Positions 1 to 13,019 of a stretch of 64,000 bases of DNA are shown in pieces. The translations under genes were made by a program, and so were the position numbers. Under the pieces are notes generated by a model. That model was not told where the DNA came from and searched no databases. It saw only the letters and a program-made list of their open reading frames with translations. Numbering within the stretch: the stretch's first letter is position 1; each line of letters starts with the position of its first letter. Origin of the DNA: Zootoca vivipara (taxonomy: Eukaryota); contig NC_083292.1 in assembly GCF_963506605.1 (NCBI RefSeq), forward strand, positions 4,154,001 to 4,218,000, in the 5' to 3' direction.

Positions 1-1303
1 AAAAGGAGGAAATTCCCACCTGCCCTTAGGAGATTTGGGACCTAGCCAGTAGGAGACCCGAAACAGTGGGCATTTTTAAAGTCAGGTGTGCTCGGCCACT
101 AAGGGCGTACTTGAGAAGCTGCTGGGAGGCAATAGTTCTTTCAAACTTTGTTACCTTTAGGGAACCTGTTGTGTTGATCCCTTGAGCATCAGTGAAGAAA
201 ATTCCTGCATTTCACAGGGGACTCTGGGGACGGAAATGCACTTTTCATGGAGTGCACTGGCTGGGCCTTCTCAATTGTCCCATGTGCAAAGGAGGAGCAC
301 TGTATAATATCCCTGATGCTTTCCTGCATCTGTACATTGCAAGGGAAGATTGGTGGCAGCAGGCAAGTTGTCTTTCAACTCAGTAGCTTTGTGCATTGTT
401 AGTAACCTGATCAGCTACCACAGCACTCTGGGACACCCGACAGAACAGTTTGGAAGCCACTTTATTAAAGCACAAGTGTCCAGCAGCCTGCAGCAGAGTG
501 GCAAAGGCAGCAGTGGTTTGTGGCATTCCTGGTGGATGGGAGCAGGAGAGCCTGAGACCCAGAAATGTCACAGTCTCAGAAGTGCTTGGCCAAAAGTCCT
601 GCTACAACTCTGTTAATGTGAAGGGGAGTGATCTGCTCTCCTGACCTTGTTAGGCTGTGGGCAGGATGCGTAGTGTGACATATAATCAATCATATGAGCT
701 GCACAAGGCTTTGTATTACACGTGCTATAAATCTGTGAGTTGATGCATATACATTTTGAGCTGGTCGGTGAGACAGAGGCAGCATGCAAAGGTGCAAGAC
801 TCCCTTCCTACCAATTGTGATCTTTCTATTTCTCTTTCCTCTCTTATTGTTTCTTTTCTTTTTTCTTTTCTCCTTTATTAATCCCTTAACACTTGTGCCC
901 CAACAACTTCTTTGAGGAAGGAATAGGTAAGCACCATTCACAGCTTTCCATAATGTAGAGAAATCTAGAACATTGGAGAACCACATGTGGAGAAAAAGGG
1001 GGAATCTTGGGCTGTAATCCTCTGCATATTTACTTGGGAGCAAGCACCAGTAAACACATTGGCAATGGCTTTCAAGTAAGCATGCAGGGGATTGCACTGC
1101 ACATGTCTTAAGGAATATACAGTAGTAGAATACATTTTTTAAAGGTAATGTTATTTTGGACCAACTGACTGCTTAGATGTTCTGCAAACTTTCAAACCTA
1201 CTATGATCCCCCCCCCCCAATCATTAATGTCAGGAGAAATGAAAACAGCTTTTCTCCAAAATGTCTAGACTGGGGTGGAGAGTGGAGATAGTACAGTTCA
1301 AAG

Positions 1304-1696
1304 CAGGGGTCCCCAGACTACGGCCCGGGGGCCGGATGCGGCCCAATTGGCCTGCCAATCCGGCCCACGACGACCCCCGCCGCCCGCCGCCGCCACCTGC
1401 TCTTACGGCGCACAGCGTGGCTGCGCTCTTCCGGGTCGGGAAAAAAGCACCGAAAATCCTTTGTGCGCATGCACAAATGACCCGGAAGAGGTCATTTCTG
1501 GTGCACTTCCGGGTCGGGGGAGGCCCATACGCATGCGCACAACGGATTTTCGGCGCTTTTTCCACCCTGGAAGTGCGCCGGCGCGCACTCCCCCGCCTGC
1601 CGGCCCGCACAGCCACACGCTTCCCCGTCCTCCGGCCCGCCGCGCGATCAGCGTGGTGGGAACCGGCCCAAACGCCGGTAAGTCTGGGGACCCCTG
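1304..1696. mobile_element. Young hAT (Charlie-like) non-autonomous DNA transposon
   Basis: Perfect 16-bp TIR CAGGGGTCCCCAGACT; perfect 8-bp TSD GTTCAAAG; CpG-rich internal palindrome. Confidence 0.9.
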
Positions 1697-2221
1697 GTTC
1701 AAAGGGTTATAAATGAATGGAAAAGCTAGTTGGGCCACATAGTACATCATATTTATGTCTCTTACATTCTGTGGGACCAATATGGCTGCAACACCTGGTG
1801 TTTATATGAACAAACAGTGATGCGTCCCTTCATGACATATGCAAAGAGGATTGATGGGTTTTTTTGTTTTTTGTTTTTAAAGCAGCCTAGGTACCTTGTT
1901 TCATTTTGTTTTGTTGTTTTGCTGCTAGAAACAAACTTCACAGCTAATCCTACATGATGTACAGCATCTTGCATAATGTTGGCACAAAATAATTCTTACA
2001 TTGTGTTAAATGTTTTTCCACCAATTTAAGTGTCCGCAGTCCAGCACTGAATCTACAGTTGTCCAAACAAACATGTTTCCTTATGAGCATCATCCTGTGC
2101 GTTCAGAACTCTTAAGAACAGCATGCAACATTAACCACAGCATGATACGCATTCATGGTTGTCTGTCTTGTAGTTTTGCTTTCTTCGCTGTTGCTTACAG
2201 TCTGTTTTCTGCTCTCTCCAG

Positions 2222-2397
2222 TTTACATTCTAGCACTCTAAAAAACTATGCGGGATCAAGGACATCAAGCAGTTCCACTGTGCTGGATGGAGGAAATCTT
2301 GGGAAATTTGAGTTTGAGATCACAGACTTCTTCCTATTTGGATCTCCTTTGGGGCTGGTCCTCGCATTGCGAAAAACCGTCATTCCCACTCTTGACA
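2222..2397 (+). CDS. PITPNM2: PITPNM2 coding exon (first in window; upstream exons lie outside the window), start of DDHD domain
   Basis: ctccag|TTTACAT...GACA|gtaagt; encodes [58 protein letters not shown], matching recalled PITPNM2/Nir3. Confidence 0.93.
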
Positions 2398-3394
2398 GTA
2401 AGTTTTCATGTTGGATAAAGGGGTATTTTAAAATACTTGCAAAATATTTGTACATACTTGTAAAATAATTGTTAAAAGGTTTTGTGAGCAAAGAAGCAAA
2501 TATGGAAAACTCAAACTATAAAGCAGACAAATGTATGGTTTTTAGAGCAGTGAAGCTATTTTGTAAGCGCTGTAACTACTTCCGAATGTACAGCATCTTT
2601 TTCTCTCTGTGTCTTGAGTTCTGAAAAATAATGAGCTGTGTAACTATTCAGCAAACCTGCTTTGGCTAGTGTCCATGATGTCACCATGGCACCCACCTCA
2701 AACCCTTGAGCATCTCAACTCTTCAGAGTGCTTCCATTTTAAAAGGGTGATAAATGAGATGTGGCACTTAAAAATTATTCTAAGGCAGGCAGTTTGCATA
2801 AATAATGAGGGGTGATGGAGGAAGATTGATGACCAACCCTGAGTTTGCTTGGTGGAACATAGACTTTTTGTTCAAATTGCTAAGCCAGACTTACACTATA
2901 AGAGCAGAATCCACTGGGAATTCTATTTGAATGTTAGGTCCATCTTCATGGGAACATGATCATCAGCTCAGTGTTGTCGACATTGACTGGCAGTGGCTTC
3001 CTGGGCTTACAAGCAGTGGTCTTTCCCAGCCCTGCCTGGAGATTCTGGAATTGAATCCAGGACCTGCTGCATGCAAAGCAGATGCTCTCCCAGCGGGATA
3101 CAGCCCTTCCCCTCTGTAATAAGCACCTGTTTGATTTAATAAATGAAATGTTGGTTATGCAGTTACTTCATAATGCTTTAGGAGTATGCAGTAAACAGTA
3201 TGACCAGGGCTTAGTAAAAACTGTGCACATAAATATCAGCTGGCTTAAATATTACTTACATGTTGTGATTTGTCGAGCTGACCAATAATACTTTGTTTTT
3301 GTTTACTTCTTAGCAAAAAATTCTGTATTGCCAACATTAAGAAAAATATTGTGTCAGTAAGCAGCATCACAAGTGTCTATGTCCAGCAAAAACA

Positions 3395-3761
3395 CAGGCA
3401 TACCTCGTTTCATTGCACCTCGCTTTATTGCGTTTCACAGATGTTTCTTCTTATGAGGATGTGGGTGCAGTTGCAGGCAGCCTGGCTGCTTCCAGGGGAA
3501 GGAATCCCACTGCCACCGCTGCCCCTCTTCTGGCCATGGGAGTGGAGCTGCCTAGGGCTGAAGCTGGTTTTTTTTGCCTTCCCACCCCGGCAGCCGGGGG
3601 GGGGGGACGACAGTCTGGCTTAAAAGACTACAGCATAGGGTAATCATAACTTTTATATACACTGGGAAACCCAAAAAAAGTTGTGTGGCTCTCTTTATTG
3701 CAATATTCACTTTATTACGGTGATCTGGAACCAAACTCACAATATCTTTGAGGTATGCCTG
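3395..3761. mobile_element. Tigger1-like (TcMar-pogo) non-autonomous element
   Basis: Ends CAGGCATACCTCG...GAGGTATGCCTG; subterminal sequence resembles recalled Tigger1 termini. Confidence 0.8.
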
Positions 3762-3871
3762 CATAAACAGCCAATGTTGTCAATGTGATGAGATCAGCAG
3801 TAAGATGGTAGACTCCAGCTTTAATATCTTGTCTGTATCTTCCACCCCACCTTCCCCTCTCTATTGCTCAG

Positions 3872-4042
3872 TCTTCCAGTTGAGACCAGCCTGTCAGCAA
3901 GTCTATAACCTGTTCCACCCTGCAGACCCTTCAGCCTCACGCTTGGAACCTCTTCTGGAAAAGAAGTTCCACATTTTACCACCCTTCAATGTCCCACGCT
4001 ACCAGAGGTTTCCTCTTGGGGATGGCAATTCAGCCCTCCTGG
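3872..4042 (+). CDS. PITPNM2: PITPNM2 coding exon (DDHD)
   Basis: gctcag|TC...CTGG|gtaagt; (I)[56 protein letters not shown]. Confidence 0.96.
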
Positions 4043-4043
4043 G

Positions 4044-4165
4044 TAAGTCAGGTTTTTGACTCCAGAAGCCACATTGATAAGCCACATTGATAAGTCAGGT
4101 TTTTGACTCCAGAAGCCACATTGATAAGCCGCTTTGACTCCAGAAGCCACAAGTGATAAGCCGCT
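4044..4165 (+). repeat. Complex local tandem duplication at the start of an intron
   Basis: Reiterated taagtcaggtttttgactccagaagccacattgataagcc units. Confidence 0.85.
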
Positions 4166-5379
4166 TCGGCCTTCAGGTTGTGGATGCACATGAGTGAAAA
4201 CCCCTCCACATAGAAAGCCAGCGAGTCAGGAAGAAGGTTAGGCTAAGACCTTCCTTCCCTCCAACATCTAGTTTTCCAACTGGAGGGGATTTTAGTGTAT
4301 TGAAAAAGCATTTAATCATGGGCACCCTTGTCTGCTGTCTGAAGTAGTATGCCTCATGCACTGGTTTCTCACCTCAGTAAGAACTCAGCCTAAGGTGGCA
4401 CACGCAGTTACAGAGACCAACAGGCATTTTGGTTGTAGGAGCAGTGCTTGAGTTCGCATTGGAGCTGCTGGGTTGAGTATGCCTGGCAGCTAGGCCACCT
4501 CACTGGATTCTGCAGACCCGCCTTCTTACCCCCAGAAGTGTGTGATCTGGCTTTGCTGACTCAGTGCTAAGGGAGGGGCACTTTGCAAAGTTCAGAGCTC
4601 CTCCCCTCTCCCCACCATGCAGGGTGTGTGGGTGTTTTCACTACAAGATTAAGCCTCTCCCAAACCTATTTGCTGACATGAGTCATGATAACTTCTCAAC
4701 AAAGTAGCCTGAGAACTGTGGTTTTGAGATGGAGATAAGAGAAGAGATGGAGATAAGATAGAGTTGCTTGGCAACATGAAACAGTATTTTAGGTTAATGG
4801 GCGGAAAAGGCCACAACTTTAGTGGTTACAGAACGTGAATGGTATTGGCTTAGGCATTGGAAACCACACGACTATATCTGACTCCTGCCCGTCTGCAGGA
4901 GTCTTGGAAGGATTAACCACCAGTAGGGGGAGCCCTGCTGATGCACATCAACTAGGAACTCCCCCAGGGTCACCTGCTAAGTCCCTAGCGCCCCCCCCCC
5001 CCGTCTGGGGCTTCGGGCATAGACCACGCCCCCTGGATTCCTTTTACGGAATACCCTTGAAATAGGAGGGGTAGGTGATGGCCACTACCTCCCCTCACCT
5101 TCAACCTAATACTCCATTGCCTAACCACCTAACCTTACAAAGTTGGGATGATTTGCTACAAAGTAGGTGAAAAACCAAATGGTCGATGCCAATTTGCCAA
5201 GTGGGGAAAAATTCCTACCAGGCCCCTTGGACAACCAAGGCAACCAACTGAGGTCCATAGCAAGTCAATAAAGAAAGAGCCTAACCTAAGGGCCGGAGGG
5301 CGGGAGAACTGACCAAGCAGGGAGAAAACAGGGGCGAGTCCTCGGCCGCGGGCAGTTTAAATAGCTCGCGTCATGCCCC

Positions 5380-5660
5380 TTGACCACCCACTCAATCACC
5401 TCGCCCAGGAATAGAATATTTGAGACTTGGTGATAATTGGCCATGGTGGCCAGTTCCAAACATGGTTTTTTAAGAAGCAGTTTAATAACCACCTCTTTAA
5501 GGGGTTCCAGGAAGACCCACTCACACTCCACCACTCCACAGAGCCCATTGCCCAGCCCGTTCTGGCTTGCTTTTGTGGGCCAGGATGGGCAAGCGTCGAT
5601 AAGACAGGTGGTTTAACTCATCCAAGCAGCCTGGCCAGGTTGAAATTGATCCCATAAATG
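5380..5660 (-). mobile_element. Degenerate L2/CR1-clade RT fragment
   Basis: Minus-strand translation LLKKPCLELATMANYHQVSNILFLGEVIEWVV resembles the KKPSLD..NYRPVSN.PFLGKV.E motif. Confidence 0.65.
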
Positions 5661-6317
5661 TGACTAGACAGAGTGCTGGCACCCTCCCTCCCCAGCCCTG
5701 CCCCACGGTGAAGTCTGCCTCCCTCAAAATTTGAGCAAATTTTATCTACAAAAGACTTTGCTTTGTCTGCTTATTCACACTTCCTCTTGTCCTGCTCTTT
5801 TCCCCAGGGAAAACTGCACTTTAGTGCTCAATTGAAGCAAACAGCAATCAGGTTTTCCAAACATTTGTTCCAGTTTAGAGCTAAAGAGCAGGTTTTCCAT
5901 GGCAATGGAGCAGGACAAGGGGAAAACTGCTCAGACCCATGCTGAGAAAAAGTGGGTCACTGCTTGGAAGTGTGCTTTCTAGGCACAGGACAAGCAGAAA
6001 TGTGAGCAAGCCCTGGGTCAAGCAGGTGTGAAAAGGTGCTGACATCTCTTATTTCTGGCAGGGAGAAGTGGTTCAGCACCTCCTTCCTGATTCTCTGCTG
6101 TAAGCCACAAGCACTCCACCCTCTTAATGCCTGTTCAGACCTGACCGCCATCACATCTACCCTAGAGCCCTTTGGTTTTCTTTCTTGTGTCTGAGTTCCT
6201 TTAGGGAAGGTCCTGAGCTATTGTTGACATCAATTCTGAGGTCTCTTGTTGTTACACTTTCTGTGGTTTGTTGTTGTTTTTTTGCCCCTATTTGTTTTCT
6301 TCCTCATCTGCTTCTAG

Positions 6318-6467
6318 TTGAAACAGTCCAGAGCAACCCTGTCCTCCTCGTAGAAAGCAGCCCACTGGTTGCTCTCCAGAACCACGACAGCTTCATGGAA
6401 ACCAGTATCCCTGTTCCCATCCTGAATTGGCAAGATATTTCCAGTAAAAATTCTGGATTTGCTGAGT
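6318..6467 (+). CDS. PITPNM2: PITPNM2 150-nt symmetric (phase 1-1) exon, probably an alternatively spliced cassette
   Basis: ttctag|TTGAAACA...GAGT|gtgtgt; VETVQSNPVLLVESSPLVALQNHDSFMETSIPVPILNWQD...FAE(S), similar to the recalled human VETVQRNP...ETSMPVPAPTWQD...CAES segment; weak donor. Confidence 0.85.
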
Positions 6468-6781
6468 GTGTGTAACGTGCCCTTCTCCCTCCCCATACTG
6501 TCTTGTGACATATATTCTTGGGATTGTGGGTGATGCTTGATAAACACCTGGTTCCCTGCCCCCAAGGATCATGAAAGCTTTCCCTACTGCCTTAGTGGCC
6601 AGGTTGATTCCCCCAGGACAAAATTGGCAGAGGCAGGGACAGTATTCTTTTCAGAGGAACAACTACCTGTACAGAATGTTACACAGAATTTTTCAGATAT
6701 GGTGCACACAGCAAAAATAGGAAACAGGCAAATACAAAAACAGGTACCGTAGCAATTTTATGTTTAAAATTGGGAGTAATA

Positions 6782-6969
6782 CAGTGGTACCTCGGTTTAA
6801 GTAGACAATTGGTTCCAGAAGTCTGTACTTAACCTGAAGCATACTTAACCTGAAGCGAACTTTCCCATTGAAAGCAATGAAAAGTGGATTAATAGGTTCC
6901 AGACAGGTCCATGGACTATTTAAACTGAAAGTACTCAAACCGAGGCGTACTTAAACCGAGGTATGAATG
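6782..6969. mobile_element. Tigger-like MITE
   Basis: TA|CAGTGGTACCTCGGTTTAAGTA...TACTTAAACCGAGGTATGAATG|TA. Confidence 0.8.
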
Positions 6970-9512
6970 TATTCCCTGCCCCCCCTTTTTTTTTCCTTTG
7001 GACACTGGTACCTGAAGAAGAACTCTGTGTTGCTCAAAAGTTCACCTCCAGCACCTTTAGCATTAGTGGATACCACCATCTGTTTGGTATACCTCCCTTT
7101 CTGATAAGTGACAAGCAAGCAAAGCAACCCTCTTTTCTCCCCTTGGCCATGCATGCCTGATTCTGCAGGGGGTGGAGGTACACACTGTGCGCAAGGTGAT
7201 GCCCGCTGAGCCGAGAAGAACCAATTCACACCTCCACCTCTGCTTGGAGATTTTTTTAAACGTCCTTTGCTTGCATCCAACCTAGCTCACACAGACAAGC
7301 TTGTCCAAGGTGCTCAACACAAATGTTTGCAGTTTTTCATGCTGCTGCTCAGTCCATTTTGGAGGGGTTTGTGTGTGGTTAGGTGCAAAGTTGCACACTG
7401 ATGTTCACAGTGATTAGACATTTCCTATCTGGGCAGGAAGAACCAAGTGGCCCACTGCAAGAGGCAAGGGAGGTCATGTGATGCTACAACAGCAAAAAAG
7501 GAGAAGGTGAAAATCCCAGTGACTCAGCATTTAGCTGACTCATTATCCAGCTTGCAGTGCTAGGGGAAGGAAGAGATTCCTCTCTGCACTCCTAGTTCAT
7601 TTCCACTGCTAGGTCTTGCACCTGAGAATTCATGACTTTGTGTTAAATGTCTCTGATTAGGGTGGCCATCTGCCCTACTTTACAGAGGACAGTTCTCTAT
7701 TTGAAGGGCCGGCCGGCCCAATCCAGCTCAAAGATAAGGAGCCCTAAGAAGGGAGAGCAGCAGAGGGAACCTTGAAGTTGTCCATCAAAAAACTAGCAGC
7801 ACTGTCTTCTCTACTAGGATGCAATGGTACTTTAGTCACTATTTCTGAATTTGCATCTGTACATATAAATTAGCATATACAAATTTTATCCACCAGGCAA
7901 TTGGATGACAAGTGTTCCCCCTGCTGTTTAGGATATGCATGCTTTGCGTTCCCTAGAAGTTTAAACTCCCTAAAGGGCTCTCTGGTGGTAGTCACCCAGC
8001 ATCCCTTTTATAGCACAGGAAGGGGCTGGCAATCTCCACTTCCCCCACACCTCTCCTGTGGTATTAAAATCCCTGTAAAATCGCACTGCTTGGTTATGCG
8101 ATATGTATCTACTCTAGGGGGCCAAGGTGTGGAGTTCCTCTGCCAAGCAATGCGTGCAAAAATGAATATAGCTATCGGTAGGATAAAATAGGAACAAAAT
8201 ATGCATATATTTGTGAAAATAGCATACAAAATGCATTGTTTTAGGAGAAATTACATTGCAAAAATGCATTATATCAGAAGAAATTCATACTAAAATGCAG
8301 ATTAATTAGCATGAAGACTTTTTAAAAATCAGAAACCGCTGTGGAAATGTGGGGAACTCAAAAGTGGAAAAGAGATTGAAATTGGCAGATTTGCCCCTCC
8401 CTAGGCAGCTCCTGGTCATGTGGAGGTCTAAAAGCAGAAGGAAGTTCCCTTCATCCTCACTGGAGCTCCTTTTGTAGGAACTTCTTTCATGTCCTGAAAT
8501 ATGCTCAGTTTCCAAATATGCTCAGCATTAAGTTTAGACACCAATCATGTACAGGATTCAACATTTGTGTGGGAAAGCTTTCAAGACCTTGGTGCCTCTA
8601 ATGGCTTCTGCTTCCAAAATCGAGTCTCCTTTTGTTGCTGATTTTCTGCCTGGCTGCATTTCTTTTCAAATTTTGCATCAAAGGGGCATTTGCAAGATTG
8701 CGGTTGACTTGTGGAAAATTATTGGAGTGGATCGTTCCTCCTTCATACTTATTTTCAAAACTGTGCAAATCACAGCTTTTAGGAAGCAAAGTAAAGACCT
8801 CCAACTAATACCTGATGCTTACAGAGGATGCATGATGATTGTTGATTAGTCCCCCAATAACATCTAATAATTTTAGCACCTGATGGGATTTTAAATGAGT
8901 ACCATTTTATCTGCTGTTTCTACCGACTGCTTTTGTTTTTATAGAGTTTATATGGTTTTAAAACCTTTATTGACTTCTAAAACAGCATGGAACTCGTTTA
9001 TTTGTGCACTGAAGGGCAGTATATCAATTTAGAAACAAACACTGAAAGATTATGCATGCTGTGATGTCATTGCACTTTTCGGTGCCTGTTAAAAATATTC
9101 CTGTTTAGACAAGCCTACCCAGATGCTTAGAAAGTTGAGGTAATCTTAATCTGCTTTAGTATTTTGATTTTTGAATGTTTTAAAGGAAGGTTGTAAACTT
9201 CTCTTGATTTTGCTGTTTTATCTTTTGTAAACAACCTTGAGGGTTGTTGTTTTTTTGCAGCCAATGGGTGTATAAATTTTATGAAAATGAAATAAAAAAT
9301 GAAATAAAATGAAATAAAAAATGAAAACATCCTTCCCACTTCTAAAAGCCACGGATGGCTAAAAGCCAAAAGTGTGGTTACAGTGGAAGGTTTTTGCCCG
9401 CCGCCTAAATATATATAATAATGGCACCTGGCAAGGCCCAAGATTGAGAATGCGCGAGATGGAGATGGAGAATGCAGCAGTCTGGTTCTTCTCTTAAGCT
9501 AAGACTCAGGAA

Positions 9513-9648
9513 CAGGCATCCCCAAACTTTGGCCCTCCAGATGTTTTGGACTACAATTCCCATCTTCCCCGGCCACTGGTCCTGTTAGCTAGGGATCATG
9601 GGAGTTGTAGGCCAAAACATCTGGAGGGCCGCAGTTTGGGGATGCCTG
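9513..9648. mobile_element. Palindromic hAT MITE
   Basis: TIR CAGGCATCCCCAAACT; perfect 8-bp TSD CTCAGGAA; sister copy at 21958-22093. Confidence 0.88.
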
Positions 9649-10437
9649 CTCAGGAACATAGGAAGCTGCTCTGTACTAGGTCAGACCATTGGTCCATCTA
9701 GCTCAGATCTGTCCACATTGTCTGGAAGCAGCTTGCCAAGATTTCAGGCAGGGATCATTCCCAGGCCTACCTGGAGATACTAGGGATTGAACTGGAACCC
9801 TCTGCAGCCAAAACAGATTATTCTACCCCTAAGCTGCACAGTTCCCCCCCCCCACAAGACACAGTCTCCCCTGCCCTTTTCACCCTAGCTCTACGAACAC
9901 TGTTTGTATTTAAGAGCATAAGGCAAGGCTGCTGAATCAAACCAATGCCTATCTATTCCAGCATCCTGTTCTCACAGTGGCCAGCCAGATGCTTGTGGGT
10001 AGCCTGCAAGCCGGACAGCAGCACTCTGTCCACCTGCGTTTACCAGCGGCTGGTATTGGCTCTATCAGATTCACACAGAGCCATCTAGTGGTAGGAGGGG
10101 GAACAATTTCTTATGGGTTTGGATTTTTATGTCTACTACATCTTCCCCCTATGGATTTGTGGTACAGGTCATATACCGTTAGCTGGAAGAGTTTGGTTTC
10201 TTTGCCATTCTATTTTTGAATTACATAATCTTTCTTACCTGTGTTAACTTACTAACTTGGGATCAGAAGCTTTGATGTACCAGAGTGGACTGTCCTGGAA
10301 AACAGATGCAGGTCGGAATGAGGAAGATTGCCCAATACTGGGGACAGACGGCTGGAGAAACATGACGTAAAAAGCAGGAGCCATGCTATTTCTCTGGAAC
10401 TATAAAATCAATTCCATGGCCTCACCACAGGCACCTG

Positions 10438-11715
10438 TGATGTCTCTACACAAATGTGCAAAGTATAGGAAACAAGCAAGAAAAACTTGATTTCTTAATA
10501 CAGGATGGCAAATATGACCTAATAGGCATTACTGAAAACTGGTGGGATGTGACTTGTGACTGGAATGTAGAAATTGAGAGGTAAAACCTGCTCAAAAGAA
10601 AGGAGGAGTAGCAGCAGTGCTTTTTTTCTGGGGGGGGGGGAACGCAGGGGTATGCATACTCCTAAACATGTTGTGAATCTTTGTACTTTTGTCCATTTAC
10701 TGTATTTATTTCCCCCGATATGAACTATAAAATGGTGGTCTTCTTGAGTCAAAATGAGAGCACACCTCTCATTTTTTTAAGGAAAAAAAGCACTGAGTAG
10801 CAGAATTATATGTAAAGGATGTATACAGTTGGGAAGAGATCCATGGAAGGAAGAATATATGGGTAAAATATGTAGGAGATGGAAACAACAGTGACTTTAC
10901 TGTGGGTGTCTGCTACAGACCTTCAAGCCAGGCTGAGGACTCAGATTATGCCTTCCTGGAGCAGATTACCAAACAGTCAAAAAGGAGGGATATAGGAGAC
11001 CTCAACTATCCCGATATCTGCTGGAAGCAACAAGGGGATCATCTCATCTTGGACCCAGACCTCACCAACAGGGAGAAACTGATTGATGAAGTTGATGTAC
11101 TGGGAACTTTGGGAGGAAGTGATCATGTCCTCTTGGGTTTCATTATACAGAGGCAAGGGAAAGCTGTGTGTAGTCAGACATGCACACTGGACTTTAAGAA
11201 GGCTGATTTCAAAAAGCTTGAGGAACTACTGGGTGAAGTCCCGCGGTCAGAAATACTCAAAGTGAAGAGAGTCCAAGATGGATAGGAGTTTCTTAACAGT
11301 GAAATACTGAAGGCACAAAGGCAGTCAATTCCAACAAGAAAGAAAAGTGGAAGGCACCTAAAGAAACCGGTGTGGCTACATAAGGAGCTTACAGATGAGC
11401 TGAGATTTAAGAAGGTGATGTGTAAGAAATGGAAGAAAGGAGAAATCATGAAGGAAGAGTATACACAAGTAGCCAGCAGCTGCAAGGAGGTCAGGTGGGC
11501 CAAAGCTCAGAATGAACTCAGACTTGCAAGATAGTTAGGTTAAAAATAATACAAAAATGTTTCTTCAGCTGTGTTCAAAGCAAGAGGAAGAACAAGCAAG
11601 TAGGTGGAGAAATTGAGAAGATGGAGAAGGCAGAGGTGGGTGGCAGAGAAGGCAGAACTGCTGAACATCTCCTGAAAGGGAAAGCAATGCCTATCCTGGT
11701 GATAAAAGAACAAAT
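10438..11715 (+). mobile_element. Old CR1 LINE ORF2 fragment (endonuclease region)
   Basis: Degenerate CLYTN..SIGNKQE, GVCYRP, GDLNYPDICW and LGGSDH motifs, with stops and frameshifts. Confidence 0.88.
10615..10795. mobile_element. hAT MITE nested in the CR1
   Basis: TIR CAGTGCTTTTTTT/AAAAAAAGCACTG; perfect 8-bp TSD AGTAGCAG. Confidence 0.85.
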
Positions 11716-12885
11716 TCCACTGTCAAACAGCTCTTACTGTCAGGAAGTTCTTCCTAATGTTTAGGTGGAATCTTCTTTCTTGTAGCTTGAATCCATTGCT
11801 CCGTGTCCGCTTCTCTGGAGCAGCAGAAAACAACCTTTCACCCTCTTCCATATGACATCCTTTTATATATTTGAACATGGTTATCATATCACCCCTTAAC
11901 CTTCTCTTCTCCAGGCTAAACATATCCAGCTCCCTAAGCCGTTCCTCATAAGGCATTGTTTCCAGGCCTTTGACCATTTTGGTTGCCCTCCTCTGGACAC
12001 GTTCCAGCTTGTCAGTATCCTTCTTGAACTGTGGTGCCCAGAACTGGACACAGTATTCCAGGTGAGGTCTGACCAGAGCGGTATACAGTGGTACTATTAC
12101 TTCCCTTGATCTAGATGCTATACTCCTATTGATGCAGCCCAGAATTGCATTGGCTTTTTTAGCTGCTGCATCACACTGTTGACTCATGTCAAGTTTGTGG
12201 TCTACCACGACTCCTAGATCCTTTTCACATGTACTGTTCTCAAGCCAGGTGTCACCCATCCTGTATTCGTGCCTTTCATTTTTTTTGCCCAAGTGTAGTA
12301 CTTTACATTTCTCCCTGTTACAATTCATCTTGTTTGCTTTGGCCTAGTTCTCTAATCTGTTAAAGTCATTTTGAAGTGTGATCCTGTCCTCTGGGTTATT
12401 GGCTACCCCTCCCAATTTGGTGTCATCTGCAAACTTGCTCAGGATGCCCTCAAGCCCATCATCCAAGTCATTGATAAAGATGTTGAATAAGACTGGGCCC
12501 AAGACAGAACCCTGTGGCACCCCACTAGTCACTACTCTCCAGGATGAAGAGGAGCCATTGATGAGCACCCTTCGGGTTCAGTCAGTCAGCCAGTTACAAA
12601 TCCACTGAATGGTAGCATTGTCTAGCCCGCATTTTACCAGCTTCTTTACAAGAATATAATGGGGCACCTTGTCAAAGGCCTTGCTGAAATCAAGATAGGC
12701 TATATCCACAACATTCTCTTCATCTACCAGGCTTGTAATTCTGTCAAAAAATGAGATCAGATTAGTCTGGCATGACCTATTTTTCAGAAACCCATGCTGG
12801 CTTATAGTGATCACAGCGTTCCTTTCTAGGTGGTCACAGACCATTTGCTTAATGATCTGCTCTAGAATCCTTCCTGGTATTGATG
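11716..12885 (-). mobile_element. Younger CR1 LINE fragment (reverse transcriptase region)
   Basis: [56 protein letters not shown]; a few stop codons. Confidence 0.95.
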
Positions 12886-13019
12886 TCAGGGGTCCCAATG
12901 GGTCCCAGCCAACAAAATGGCTGGGGCAGGTTCCACAGGAGGGATGCACTGGGACAACCGATCTCAGTGATCACGGGTAGGAGGAGGAGTTACACTAAGA
13001 CCAGACCACGTCATCTGGT

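Noticed and set aside
1230-1780. Four overlapping ORFs of 125-151 aa
   Set aside because: They fall in a GC-rich palindromic hAT MITE that lacks stop codons; no protein similarity.
4044-4165. Duplicated splice donor or CRISPR-like repeat
   Set aside because: The copies read ataagt (no GT) and there are no unique spacers; a simple slippage duplication in a eukaryote.
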